Positions 1 to 10,934 of a stretch of 64,000 nucleotides of DNA are shown here, in pieces. The position numbers and the translations under genes were made by a program. This DNA is from Mobula hypostoma (lineage: Eukaryota), in NCBI RefSeq assembly GCF_963921235.1, contig NC_086097.1:243910001-243974000 (forward strand). Reading direction: 5' to 3'. Numbering within the stretch: the stretch's first letter is position 1; the number at the start of each line of letters is the position of its first letter. A model generated the notes under the pieces. It saw only the letters and a list, made by a program, of their open reading frames with translations, had not been told where the DNA came from and made no database searches.

Positions 1-89
1 CAGGATAGATGGGCAGAAATGTGGAGAAAACAGAGATGTGGAGAAATTTCTTTAGCCAGAGGGTGGTGAATTTATGGGACAAGCTCCCA

Positions 90-620
90 CAACTTATTAA
101 ATAGTGTGAGTCTCAAATAGACTCTGATACCCAAGTCCAGCTCCTGGCCTTCACGTGTGGCTTAGCTACTAAGCCCGGTGGAACTGTTTATACTGACAGG
201 AGATGGGCAAAGATGGGCTACTGGCACCTGAAAGCCAGATGCTTCGGCCAGATGGGGCTCATCAGATGTGGTTGGCAGCTCATGGAGAAGAAGTAAAACT
301 CTGATCTCAAACCTCCGCTGCCCTGTGACTAAACCCACTCATGGGAAAGGCTTCAGACATAAACCCCGAGGAAAAATCCAGAACTGGTGTCTCTAAGACA
401 TTACAAACTGAGTTCAATGCTGACTGGCAACTCCTGCGACACCACTGGTGCCAAACAGTATCGGTCTCTGCCGTTCCTTTGGATTCGTTGGCTATGCGCA
501 GAGGAGAAGCCTACTGCATGGTAGCAGTCTGCGTATCGTACTACCCTGGTTTGCGTACTGACTTGGATAGATAGCTAGAATGCGACATCCATAGTCAACC
601 CTGATCAATGGAGGGGCGAC
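90..620 (+). mobile_element. RTE-associated 5'UTR-like / SINE-like interspersed repeat
   Basis: Non-coding, GC-balanced segment with motifs I recall from RTE-type 5' regions (ctactaagcccgg, aaaactctgatctcaaacctccgctgcc, aaaccccgaggaaaaatcc). It follows a CR1 scrap at 1-78. Family assignment is by recall, not by search. Confidence 0.45.
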
Positions 621-856
621 AAAAGCAATAACAAACAGCAGATGTACATTGCTGCAGATGGATCATTGTGGGAAGATAGAGCAGATGATCGTCATAACGA
701 TCAATGAAGATGATAAGGAATTATAAAATGTCAGGTGACAAACAATCTTGAATCGTGACCGTGCAGGAGAGGTAGGGTGTAGCTAGAAAGACCAAAACTG
801 GAATAATAAGAAATCTGCCCTGGCTTTTTGATCATTGATTTCTTGAACTAAGAAAT

Positions 857-1295
857 GCCCTCTCCCCGTCACTTCACCATTCTCCATTCCCTTTTCCCTC
901 TCTCACCTTAACTCCTTACCTGCCCATCACCTCCCTCTGGTGCTCCTCCCCCTTCCCTTTCTTCCATGGCTTTCTGTCCTCTCTTATTAGATTCCCCCTT
1001 TTCCAGCCATTTATCTCTTTCACCAATTGACTTCCCAGCTCTTTACTTCACCCTCTCCCCCTCTCCTGGATTCACCTATCACCTTGTACTTCTTCCTCCC
1101 CTCCCGTGCCTTCTTAAACTGACTGCTTATCTCTTTCTTCTAGTCCTCATGAAGGGTCTCGGCCTGAAACGTTGACTGTTTGCTCTTTTCCATAGATGCT
1201 GCCTGGCCTGCTGGAGATCAGGCAGCATCCATGGAGAGGAATATCAGGACCAGTTCAGTTCCTCCAGCATTTTGTGTGTGTTGCTCTGGATTTCA
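857..1295 (+). mobile_element. Penelope-like element 3' pseudo-LTR fragment (old subfamily) with degenerate hammerhead
   Basis: Pyrimidine-rich tract, then agtc-ctcatga-agggtctcggcct-gaaacgtt-gact (1142-1177; core CUGA changed to CUCA), then catagatgctgcctggcctgctg. Homologous to the pLTR at 38558-39168. Confidence 0.8.
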
Positions 1296-1330
1296 CGACT
1301 GCTGGCTATCTCAGCGAGAGTCCTTATAAC

Positions 1331-1462
1331 AAGCAAGAGAAAATCTGCAGCTGCTGCAAATCAAAGTCATAAACATAAAATGCTGGAGAAACTCAGCCGG
1401 CCAGGCAACATCTATGAAAAAGATTAAACAGTCGATATTTCAGGCCAAGACCCTCCATCAGA
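1331..1462 (-). mobile_element. Penelope-like element 3' terminal fragment starting at hammerhead core
   Basis: Reverse complement reads tctgatggagggtcttggcctgaaatatcgactg...catagatgttgcctggccggctgagtttctccagcattt...ctgcagattttctcttgctt, the PLE 3' end. Confidence 0.8.
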
Positions 1463-2169
1463 ATTGCTTGTTTTGTGAAACTAAGAATCCTGTGAATGGG
1501 TAAAATAAAAATTGGATTAATTGTTGGAGAGAATAAAAAAGGTCCAACACAGAGATGAGTTAGCAACGTGATTATGAGAGGAATGATCCCACAAAGAGAG
1601 AGGGCTCTTGAAAATACTGATGAATTTTGGATTAAGGAGATGTAGTTATAAAAGCAGCCAGGGATCAGGAGTAGGATCCACTGGAAATACTGTGCTAAAG
1701 TCTTGGGTGCATTTAAAATATAGCTCAAATGCCTAAAACTTTTGCACGGTACTGTATTTGTCAACGTGGAGCCCAGAGCAAGTTTGTAAATCTGGCGGGA
1801 GCAAAGGATATTGGGAATGGCAATGGTGGAGTGCCATGGGGGGCGGGGGGTGGTTAGGACAGGTGGCAGACAAGGAGTGCTGGGGCGGTGAGGGGTCAGC
1901 ACAGGTGTAGACACACCCAGCCCTGAAACACCAAGTAAGGTCATTCGATTGCAAACTAAGTTTAGTAATCATTACAGAATGTCTCTCTGGTGCTTCCTGC
2001 TCCCTCCCCTCTCCCTTCCCCTTTATCTGACCATGATTCCCCTTTCTCTGCCCCCTTCCCACTCTCAGTCCACAGTCAAGCCCATAGCAGAATCAGGTTT
2101 ATGATTCTGTCATGATTTTTTTTATTTTGCCACAGTAGTACAGTACAATACATAAAATTACTACAGTAA

Positions 2170-2281
2170 TGTGTGTGTGTGCGTGTGTGTGTGTGAGTGT
2201 GTGTCTGTATCTGTTTGTGTATATGTGTGTGTGTGTCTGTCTGTGTGTGTGAGTGTGCATCTGTATCTGTGTGCGTGTGTG
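2170..2281. repeat. Imperfect (TG)n microsatellite
   Basis: Direct reading of a tgtgtgtg run with interruptions. Confidence 0.95.
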
Positions 2282-2289
2282 CACTGTAC

Positions 2290-2750
2290 TGGAGAACATT
2301 TCAGCACAGTACAGGTTCACAGTGTTATGCCAACTTTTTAACCTACTCTAAACTCAATCAAGACCCTTACCTCCTATGGAGCCCTTCATTTTTCTATTAT
2401 TCAAGTGCCTAACAAAGAGTTTTTTAAATGTCCTTAATGTATCTGCCTCTACCACCATGCTGGTAGCTCATTCCATTCCACGCACCCACTGCTTTCTGTA
2501 TAAGAAAACTATATCCGACATTCCCCTTATTCGTTCCTCCAGTCACCTTAAAATCCTGCCTGCTTATATTAACCATTTCCACGCTGGGAAGAAGTCTGTG
2601 GCTAGTTACCTGACCTACGGCTCTTATCATCTTATACACCTGTCACCCTGCTTCAGTCCAAAGAGAAAAGCCCTAGTTCACTCAGCCTATCGTCATATGG
2701 CACGCTCTCTCGTCCAGGCAGCATCTTGGCAAATCTCCTCTGCACCCTGC
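2290..2750 (-). mobile_element. CR1 LINE 3' fragment (degenerate)
   Basis: Minus-strand translation resembles the CR1 ORF2 C-terminus (YKMIRA...FLIQKAVGAWN), followed by a CR1-type 3' tail. Confidence 0.65.
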
Positions 2751-3334
2751 ATGGATGTCAGAGCTGCGTTCGTTACTCAGGGAGCAGAGCGTACATAGAA
2801 CGGCTGGTGGTAGAGGCAGATACATTAGGGGTATTTAAGAGACTCATGATAGGCATGTGGACGATAGAAATATGAAGGGCCATGTAGGAGGGAAGAGTTA
2901 GATTGGTCTTGGAGTAGGTTAACGATGTGAGAAAAAGAGCCTGTACTGTGCTGTAATGTTCCATGTTTCATGTTCTGAGCAGGAGTGGCAATAACAGAGA
3001 GTTTGTGTATTGATGAAGAAATGATGTTACTTAAGGTGGGTGAGAGATCTTACCACATGTGCTGAAATACGTTTTAAACTAGGAAAGGAAAATGGCCAGG
3101 GAGTGAGCTCATGGGCCATGGGTTGGGGGTGCAAGAGCAAGGACGTTGTTGAACAGGACAATGATGATATTGAGACAGGATTAATAAGAGGAATGAGGAA
3201 AAGGTAGACACCGGGTGAGAAAGAAGGGTTTATCGGATGGTTGGTAGGCTGTGAAATTTCCACATCGTGATGTGGGATTAAGGGGGCTTCGAGTTGAGAA
3301 TCATAATGCTTGGATTGGAACTATGATAGAACTT

Positions 3335-3770
3335 GCAGAAGCAGTATCCACCATCAAGGACTCCACTGTTCAGGCCACGCTGTCTTTATGCTGCTGCCAT
3401 CAGGAAGGAGGTACAGAAGCTTTAGGTCCCATACCACTGGGTTCAGGAATACTCCTTCATTAGACCATTAGCTTCACTCTCCACAAATGATTCCACAATC
3501 TATGGACTCACCTTCAAGGACTCTGTAACTGTTGTTCTCGATATTATTTATTTACTATTTATTCATTTATCACTAGTATTATTTGTTTTTTATGTATGCA
3601 GTTTGTCTGCTTTTGTACATTGTCTGTTAGTCTTTGTATATCGTTTTTCATTGATTCTATTGTATTTCTTTGTTCTGCTGTGAATGCCCACAAGAAAATG
3701 AATCTCAGGGTAGTACCGTATATGGTGACATACTGCGTGTGTACTTTGATAATAAATTTACTATGAACTT
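3335..3770 (+). mobile_element. Rex1/Babar-like LINE 3' end
   Basis: ccatcaaggac...ccatcaggaaggaggtacagaagc (LPSGRRYR-type motif) and 3'UTR cccacaagaaaatgaatctcagggt, shared with 30122-30650 and 17640-17770. Confidence 0.65.
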
Positions 3771-3827
3771 TGTGAACAATAAATAAGTTGGCAAGTTCCA
3801 CGGACAAGAGCTGGTGATCTCTGAAAT

Positions 3828-3960
3828 TCTGACGAAGGGTCTCGGCCCGAAACGTCGACTGTACCTCTTCCTAGAGATGCTGCCTGGCCTGCTGCGTTCA
3901 CCAGCAACTTTGATGTGTGTTGCTTGAATTTTCAGCATCAGCAGAATTCCTCGTGTTTAC
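3828..3960 (+). mobile_element. 5'-truncated Penelope-like insertion (hammerhead core + 3' end) with 12-bp TSD
   Basis: tctgacgaagggtctcggcccgaaacgtcgact...gcagaattcctcgtgttt flanked by gatctctgaaat at 3816-3827 and 3961-3972. Confidence 0.9.
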
Positions 3961-3984
3961 GATCTCTGAAATGTGTTCTCTTTG

Positions 3985-4560
3985 CGGCAGCAGTACAATG
4001 TGATACATAACAGCAGAAATAAAATATGAATTACAGTAAGAATATGCATATTAAATATTAAATTAAATAAGTAGTGCAGAACTAAAAGTTAAAAAGTAGT
4101 GAAGTGGTATTCATGTCGATTCAGAAATCGGATAGCAGAGGGGAAGAAGCTGTTCCTGAATCGTTGAGTGTGTACCTTCAGGCTTCTGTACCTCCCTCCT
4201 GATGGTAGCAATGAGAATAAGGCATGATCTGGGTGATAAGAGTCTTTAATGATGGATGTCGCCTTTTTGATGCATTGCTCTTTAAAGATGTCTTGGATGC
4301 TTGGGGAGGCTAGTGTCCCATGATGGGAAGTGACTACGTTTACAACTCTCTGCAGCTTATTTCAATCCTGCGCAGTGTCCCCCACCCACTCCCCATACCA
4401 GAGGGTGATGCGGCCAGTTAGAATGCTCCCCTTTGTACATCTGTAGAAATTTGTGATTGCCTTTGGTGTCAGCGCATCTCCTCAAACTCCTGATGGTATA
4501 TAGCTGCTGTCATGCCTTCTTTATAGCTGCATCGATACGTTAGGACCAGGATAGATCCTC
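3985..4560 (-). mobile_element. Rex1/Babar-like LINE 3' fragment
   Basis: gaggggaagaagctgttcctgaatcgttgagtgtgtaccttcaggcttctgtacctcc closely matches 14030-14090, which encodes LLPSGRRYRSLKAHTQRFRNS on the minus strand. Confidence 0.7.
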
Positions 4561-5199
4561 AGAGTTACTACAGTCTCATGTACCAAGGGACGGTGAGAAA
4601 TCTGTCTTGCATACCATTCGTACTGATTAATTCATTACAATAAGGTAAAACAATAACAGAGTGCAGAATGAAGTATTACAGTAAAGAGAAAAAGCAGTGC
4701 AGTCGACAATAAAGTGCAAGGTCGCAGGAGTTAGACTGAGGACAAAAGTCCATGTTATTCTACAGGGCAACCATTCAACAGTCTTGTAACAAAAGAGTAG
4801 AAACTATTCTTGAACTTGGTGATACATGCTTTCAGTTTTTTGTACCTTCTGCTGGATGGGAAGGGTGGGCTGGTGGGGTGCGGAAGAGAGAACGCCCAGG
4901 GTACGCCAGGTCTTTGATTACACATACTGTCAGAGATTGCTGTCAGACGTCGCTGCTTTTGTCACTGTTTTACCTCTCTGCAAGTGAGGGGGTCAGGGAC
5001 TGTTACTGTCATTTTTTTTTGCCGTGGGGGAGAGAGGATTTTGGGGTCTGTGAGTTTTGTTTTTTTTTAGTTCCAGGAAGGGAGTTGATGTCATTTCTTT
5101 CATCAACGCCCGTGGTCGTTCTGTATTTAATGGCTATCTGGAGAAGACAAATATGAGAGTTGTACTGTACATGAACACTTTGACAATAAAATGAACCTT

Positions 5200-7170
5200 T
5201 GAACTCTGGGACCAGCCAGGAGATACTGCAGACGGACAAGAAGGGAGACACTGCAGACGGCGGAGTGAGAGGAAAATAGAGCGTGGTAAGCAAGCCAGGA
5301 TCCGCACTGGGCCAAAAGCTACACCTTTCAAGGCCCCAGTATCCGAGTGTCTTCCTTACAAACACTAATAAAATGGATGATTTGAGACTGAGATTTACCA
5401 CACAAAGGAATTTACTGAACTGCTGCATAATGATCTTCACTGAGAGCTAGCTGGATTATAATGTACCCAATGAATATGGAGCTAGGAGGCCGCAAGGCCT
5501 ACTGGGCCAACAGAATGCAAGATCCAGCAAGAAATCAGTTAACAATGCCTGGTGCATGAACTCTGTCATCAATGGATCACTGCTGTCCAACCTGCACTAT
5601 CTCAAAGTCCATGCCTTTAAGCCTCTACGCACTGGAATTTAGAAGAATGAGGGGTGACCTCATTGAAACCTATCAAAGGTTGAAAGGCCTCAATAGAGTG
5701 GACATGGAGAGAATGTTTCCTATGCTGGGAGAAGTCTAAGACCAGAGGACATAGAGTGGACATGGAGAGAATGTTTCCTATGCTGGGAGAAGTCTAAGAC
5801 CAGAGGACATAGAGTGGTGTCCTGTTAGAACGGAGATGAGAGGAATTTCTTTAGCCAGAGAGTGGTGAATCTGTGGAATTCGTTACCACAGACAGCTGAG
5901 GAGGCCAAGTCTTAGGGAGTATTTAAGGCTGAGGTTGGTAGATTCTTGATTAGTCAGGGCATGAAGGGATACGGGGAGAAGGCAGGAGATTGGGGCTGAG
6001 AGGGAAAATGGATCAGCCATAATGAAGTGGCAGAACAGACTTGACGGGCCAAATGGCCTAATTCTGCTCCTATATTTTATCATCTTATGATCTCTCCATC
6101 TGCCGAGAGAATTCACAGTTGTTTCCGTCACAGTGGTCCACATTCCACCACATGCCAACACTAAGTTAGCAGCAGCACAACTATGTGATGTTATTAATGA
6201 GCAAATGTCTGCTCACCCTGATAGCGACTTCATCGTAACCAGTGATTTCAATCAAGCCAATGTTAAGACTGTATTCCCTAAATTTTTCTGGACTATAACA
6301 TGCTCCACAAGGGACCCAAAACGTTGGACCAGGTTTACACCAATATTGCGGGCACATACAGGTCTTATCCGTGCCCTCATCTGGGACTGTCCGACCACCT
6401 CTCTTCACTTCTAACCCCAGCCTAGAGAACAGTGATACAGAAGGCAAAACCAATTACCAAATCAGTGACAGTATGGCCTGAGGAAGCTGCCTCATGGCTT
6501 TTGGACTGCTTCGAGTGCAAGATAGGGGAATTGACACACCATGGTCATGGTCTATACCAAATACAGTGGAGACAATGTCACCAGTAATAAAACATCCGTG
6601 TATTCCTGAATCAGAAGCCATGGATGAACAACAAAGTCTGGAACCTGCTCAGGGCTCGGGATGCTGCTTACAGATCCAGTGACACCACGGCAATCAGCGA
6701 AGCCGGATCAAACCTTAAAAGAGGAATTAAAGCCACCAAGTACAGATACAAACAACAGATAGAGATACACTCCAATATTGCCACCAAACACCAATGTGTG
6801 TGGGAAGGCATCAGGTCCATCACATAATATAAGGGTGAGATCTCCTGCCCTGTGATGTCACACTAGCTGAGGACTAAACAACTTCTTTACTCAGTGATGA
6901 AGGCCTTGACACCCGAGGAGGACACAGTGCTGACACTGAGCACACACCAGATGAGACGTACTCGGCGCAGAACAGCTGGACCATGCGGCAAGCTCGGAGG
7001 CTGTGCTGACCAGCTGGCAGAGGTCTTTACCGAAATCTATAACCTCTCTCTGTCCCTTGCTGCGGTCCCAGCATGCTTTGAAACATCAGCCATCATAGCA
7101 ATCCCAAAGCAGACAGCATTAGCATGCCTCAGTGACTACAGAACAGTTGTCCCATTATGTTTTTAGTAAT
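5200..7170 (+). pseudogene. Decayed Rex1/Babar-type LINE ORF (AP endonuclease + RT N-terminus), interrupted by CR1
   Basis: Frameshifted fragments VHIPPHAN...FIVTSDFNQAN (APE), MNNKVWNLLRARDAAYRS and CADQLAEVFTEIYNLSLS...IPKQTALACLSDYRTV. Confidence 0.8.
5615..6090 (+). mobile_element. CR1 LINE 3' end containing a 58-bp tandem duplication
   Basis: ctggaatttagaagaatgaggggtgacctcattgaaacc...cctaattctgctcctatattttatcatcttatg. Segment 5693-5750 is repeated at 5751-5808. Confidence 0.85.
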
Positions 7171-7389
7171 TGAATTGCCAGTATGCCATTTTGCACTGAA
7201 TGGTTTAGTACTGGAATCTCGTTGTCCTCAGCCTTCTTGGACGCGGTATCAACAGTAAACAATAGGGCTCGGGAGATTACAGGTCAACAGGATGGTGAAG
7301 AAGTCTTTTAGCACGCCGGCCTTCATAAATGAAAGCATTGAGTATAGAAAGTGGGGTCCTCTCTCCTCCAACAACACCTCCTTCTTAAT

Positions 7390-8760
7390 CTCAATACACA
7401 CCACACTGATCTCATGATCCTGCATGTCCTTTTCCTTGCTCAGTACTGATGCAATGTACTTGATTCATGCATGGCTTTCCAGTGGCCATTTTAATTCCCA
7501 TCCCATTCCGATGTGCCAATCCATGGCCTCCTCTTGTGCCAAGATGAGGCCACCTTCGGGGTGGAGGAGCAACACTTTTTACTCTGTCTGGGTACCCTCC
7601 AACCTGACAGCATGAATATTGATATCTCCTTCTGGTGAACACATTCCACAACCCCCCCCCCCAACTTTCTCTATTCCCCACTCTGAGCATTAACTGCTTC
7701 TCATCTCATCTGCCTAATATATCCCCCTGTGTCCCCACCTTTATCTTCTCCCCTTGACCTTTCCCACTCACCTGACTTCACCTGTCACCTTCCAGCTAAC
7801 CTCTTTCCCCTCCTCCAGCCTTTTTATTCAGGCATCTCCCCTCTTCCTTTCCAGTCCTGCAGAAGAGCCTCGGTCCGAAACATCGACTGTTTATTCTATA
7901 AAACCATAAGACAAAGGAGCAGAATTCGGCCATTCGGCCCATCGAGTCTGCTCTGCCATTTTATCATGAGCTGATCCATTCTCCCATTTAGTCCCACTCC
8001 CCCGCCTTCTCACCATAACCTTTGATGCCTTGGCTACTCAGATACCTATCAATCTCTGCCTTAAATACACCCAATGACTTGGCCTCCACTGCTGCCCGTG
8101 GCAACAAATTCCATAGATTCACCACCCTCTGGCTAAAAAAATTTCTTCGCATTTCTGTTCTGAAAGGGCGCCCTTCAATCCTTAAGTTATGCCCTCTCGT
8201 ACTAGACTCCCCCATCATGGGAAACAACTTTGCCACATCCGCTCTGTCCATGCTTTGCAACATTCGAAATGTTTCTATGAGGTCTCCCCTCATCCTTCTA
8301 AACTCCAAGGAATACAGTCCAAGAGTGGACAAACGTTCCTCATATGTTAACCCTCTCATTCCCGGAATCATTCTAGTGAATCTTCTCTGTACCCTCTCCA
8401 ACGTCAGCACATCCTTTCTTAAATAAGGAGACCAAAACTGCCCACAGTACTCCAAGTGAGGTCTCACCAGCGCCTTATAGAGCCTCAACATCACATCCCT
8501 GCTCCTATACTCTATACCTCTAGAAATGAATGCCAACATTGCATTCGCTTTCTTCACTACTGACTCAGCCTGGAGGTTAACTTTAAGGGTATCCTGTACG
8601 AGGACTCCCAAGTCCCGTTGCATCTCAGAACTTTGAATTCTCTCCCCATTTAAATAATAGTCTGCCCATTTATTTCTTCTGCAAATTAATTTCCAAGGAT
8701 ACTGCCTGACCTGCTGAGTATGTGTTTGAATTTTCGGGATCTGCAGACTTTCTCGTGTTT
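7390..8760 (+). mobile_element. Penelope-like 3' fragment (GIY-YIG C-terminus + pLTR) split by a CR1 insertion
   Basis: ccagtggccattttaattcccatcccattcc...ggaggagcaacac...ctccaacctgacagcatgaatattga matches 38567-38720. Degenerate hammerhead at 7853-7890. The pLTR tail resumes at ~8695-8760 after the CR1. Confidence 0.75.
7900..8683 (-). mobile_element. CR1 LINE 3' end (ORF2 C-terminus open, 7988-8623)
   Basis: Translation RDLGVLVQ...LYKALVRPHLEYCGQFWSPY...RGDLIETF...FFSQRVVNLWN. Same subfamily as 58588-61016. Confidence 0.95.
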
Positions 8761-8923
8761 ATCCTTGTTTTCCAATATATCAGATGCAGAACCAGAATCA
8801 GATTTATCATCAGTGACATATGTTGTGAAGTTTGTACTTTTGTGGCAGCAGTACAGTGTAATACATAAAATTTACTATACTTTATGACAGGAAATGTATA
8901 AAAAAATAAATATATAGTGCAAA

Positions 8924-9337
8924 ATTTCCCCCGGGATCAATAAAGTATGACTATGACTAAATAGGTTTGGTAGATACGTCTCTACCAAAAGAGGTGTAAG
9001 ATACTCCTTCCCTCCACTAGCCTGCAGATCTCCTTGGGCAAGGTGCAACATCTGCTTAGCCCTCCCTCCCTCTCCTCCGATCAGGGTCACATGAAGCCAC
9101 GGTCATACGAGCAGCTGGTGCACGCCACAAGTCCTAGTTATACAACAACTGACGCCAGGCAGACAATCTCTGAAGAGTATAGATACTGGCTGGGGTCACC
9201 CGTCTTGTAAAGACACTGCCCAGAAGCCGGCAATGGCAAACCACTCCTGTAGAAAAAATTGCCAAGAACTACCATGGTCATGGAAAGACCGTGATCAGCC
9301 ACGTCATACAACCTGGCACATAACAACGAAGGTGATG
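8924..9337 (+). mobile_element. Composite insertion (Rex-type tail + RTE/BovA-like SINE) with 10-bp TSD
   Basis: atagtgcaaa at 8914-8923 and 9338-9347. Contains ggcaatggcaaaccactcc...tgccaagaa, resembling the RTE-derived BovA motif. Begins with aatttcccccgggatcaataaagtatgact. Confidence 0.55.
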
Positions 9338-9524
9338 ATAGTGCAAAGAGGGAGCAAAATAATGAGGGAGTGTTCATGGGTTCACGGACCGTTCAGAATC
9401 CTGGTGGTGGAAGGCAAGAAGCTGTTCCTAAAAAGTTGAATGTGTGTCATCTGGCTCCTGTACCTCTTTGTTGATGGTAGTAGTGAGATGAGGGCATGTT
9501 CTGGATAATAAGGGTCCCACATGA

Positions 9525-10190
9525 TGAACTAGATTAGATTATGAGGACACTCAGTCCTCGTTTATTGTCATTTAGAAATGCATGCATGAGAAAATGATGC
9601 AACGTTCCTCTAGAATGATATCACAAGAAAACACAGGACAAACCAAGATTAAAACTGACGAAACCACATAATTATAACATATAGTTACAACGGTGCAAAG
9701 CAATACCACAATTTGATAAAGAGCAGACCATGGACACAGTTAAAAAAAGTCTCAAAGTCCCGATAGACCCATCATGTCACACAGGCGGCAGAACGGAGGA
9801 ACTCTCCCTGCCATGAGCCTCCAAGCACCGCCAACTTGCCGATGCAGCATCATTGGAAACACCTGACCGCAGCAATCCGTCTGAAAACTTCGAGCCTCCA
9901 ACCAGCCTCTCCAAGCACCATCCTCTGCCGAGCGCTCCGACCCCACCCTGGCCGCCGAGCAACAAGCAAAGCCGAGGACTCAGGGCCTTCTCCTCCGGAG
10001 ATTCTGGACCACACAGTAGCAGCAGCAGCGAAGCGGGCATTTCAGAAGTTTCACCAGGTGTTCCTCCGTACTCTCACGTCCGTCTCCATCAAATCAGGAT
10101 TGTGCACGGTACCCTACTTGACAAATAACAGACATCACCACCAGAGTGGCCGCTGCGAGCTGTGTTGCGTCGCCATCTTCTCCTCGCCTC
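9525..10190 (-). mobile_element. Non-autonomous LINE-related (SINE-like) element inserted in a Rex-type repeat
   Basis: GC-rich 5' part, aataaa signal and (taatc)n tail on the minus strand. The Rex-like host resumes at ~10195. Confidence 0.45.
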
Positions 10191-10934
10191 CTAAGAATGC
10201 TACATTTTGGAGGCTCCACCTTTCACAGGTGCCCAGGATGCTGGGGAGGCTAGTGCCCATGATAGATCTGGTTGGGTTTACAACCCTTTGCAGCCTCTTG
10301 CGATCCTGTGCATCAGAACTTCAGTATCAGTCTGTGATGGAACCAGTCTGAATGCTTTCCGCAGTACATCCGTAAAAATTTGCTCGTTCTTGGCGACAGA
10401 CCAAATAAATGTATGTGCATTTTCACAATGTTTCATGAACCATTTGGAAGGTATTTCTTTTAATATGTAATCTATGTTCCGCATAACCCTTCCTGGAAGC
10501 ATTAACACCTGCATATAGCTATTTGCAACTTTTGCCCTCTTCCTCTATTCCAAAGTCAGGTTGGGAGTGGATCTGCCAGTCATCACCTGACAAGATTAAC
10601 TGCTAACTGGTGCCACAGAGAGGCTATTCAAAATTGAAACCAGGTGTTTTAACGATATTTAATTGCAATATTTCACAATTCAATTACAGTTTTCTGAATA
10701 TTATGCACACTAAATACATCTATTTGCTTGTTGAAATGTAGTGTAGATTTCATTTAGCAACATAAACCCCTGGAGATACTTGTGTGTGTATATTTAGACA
10801 CACACTTCCACAGGACATGCTACCGTTTCCATGGTTTCTAGTTCAGCCAATCTGGCTATGTGATATTCCACTCCGAGTTCCAGCTTGCAGAAAATTCCTT
10901 AAATTATGATCTGGTTAATTAATTACAGATGGAA

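Noticed and set aside
160..210. Twister ribozyme-like motif (ctactaagcccgg)
   Set aside because: P4 and the T1 pseudoknot partner cannot be formed.
10385..10930. Non-repetitive AT-rich island (similar one at ~18750-19340) as a possible enhancer or conserved element
   Set aside because: No evidence from sequence alone; needs cross-species alignment.
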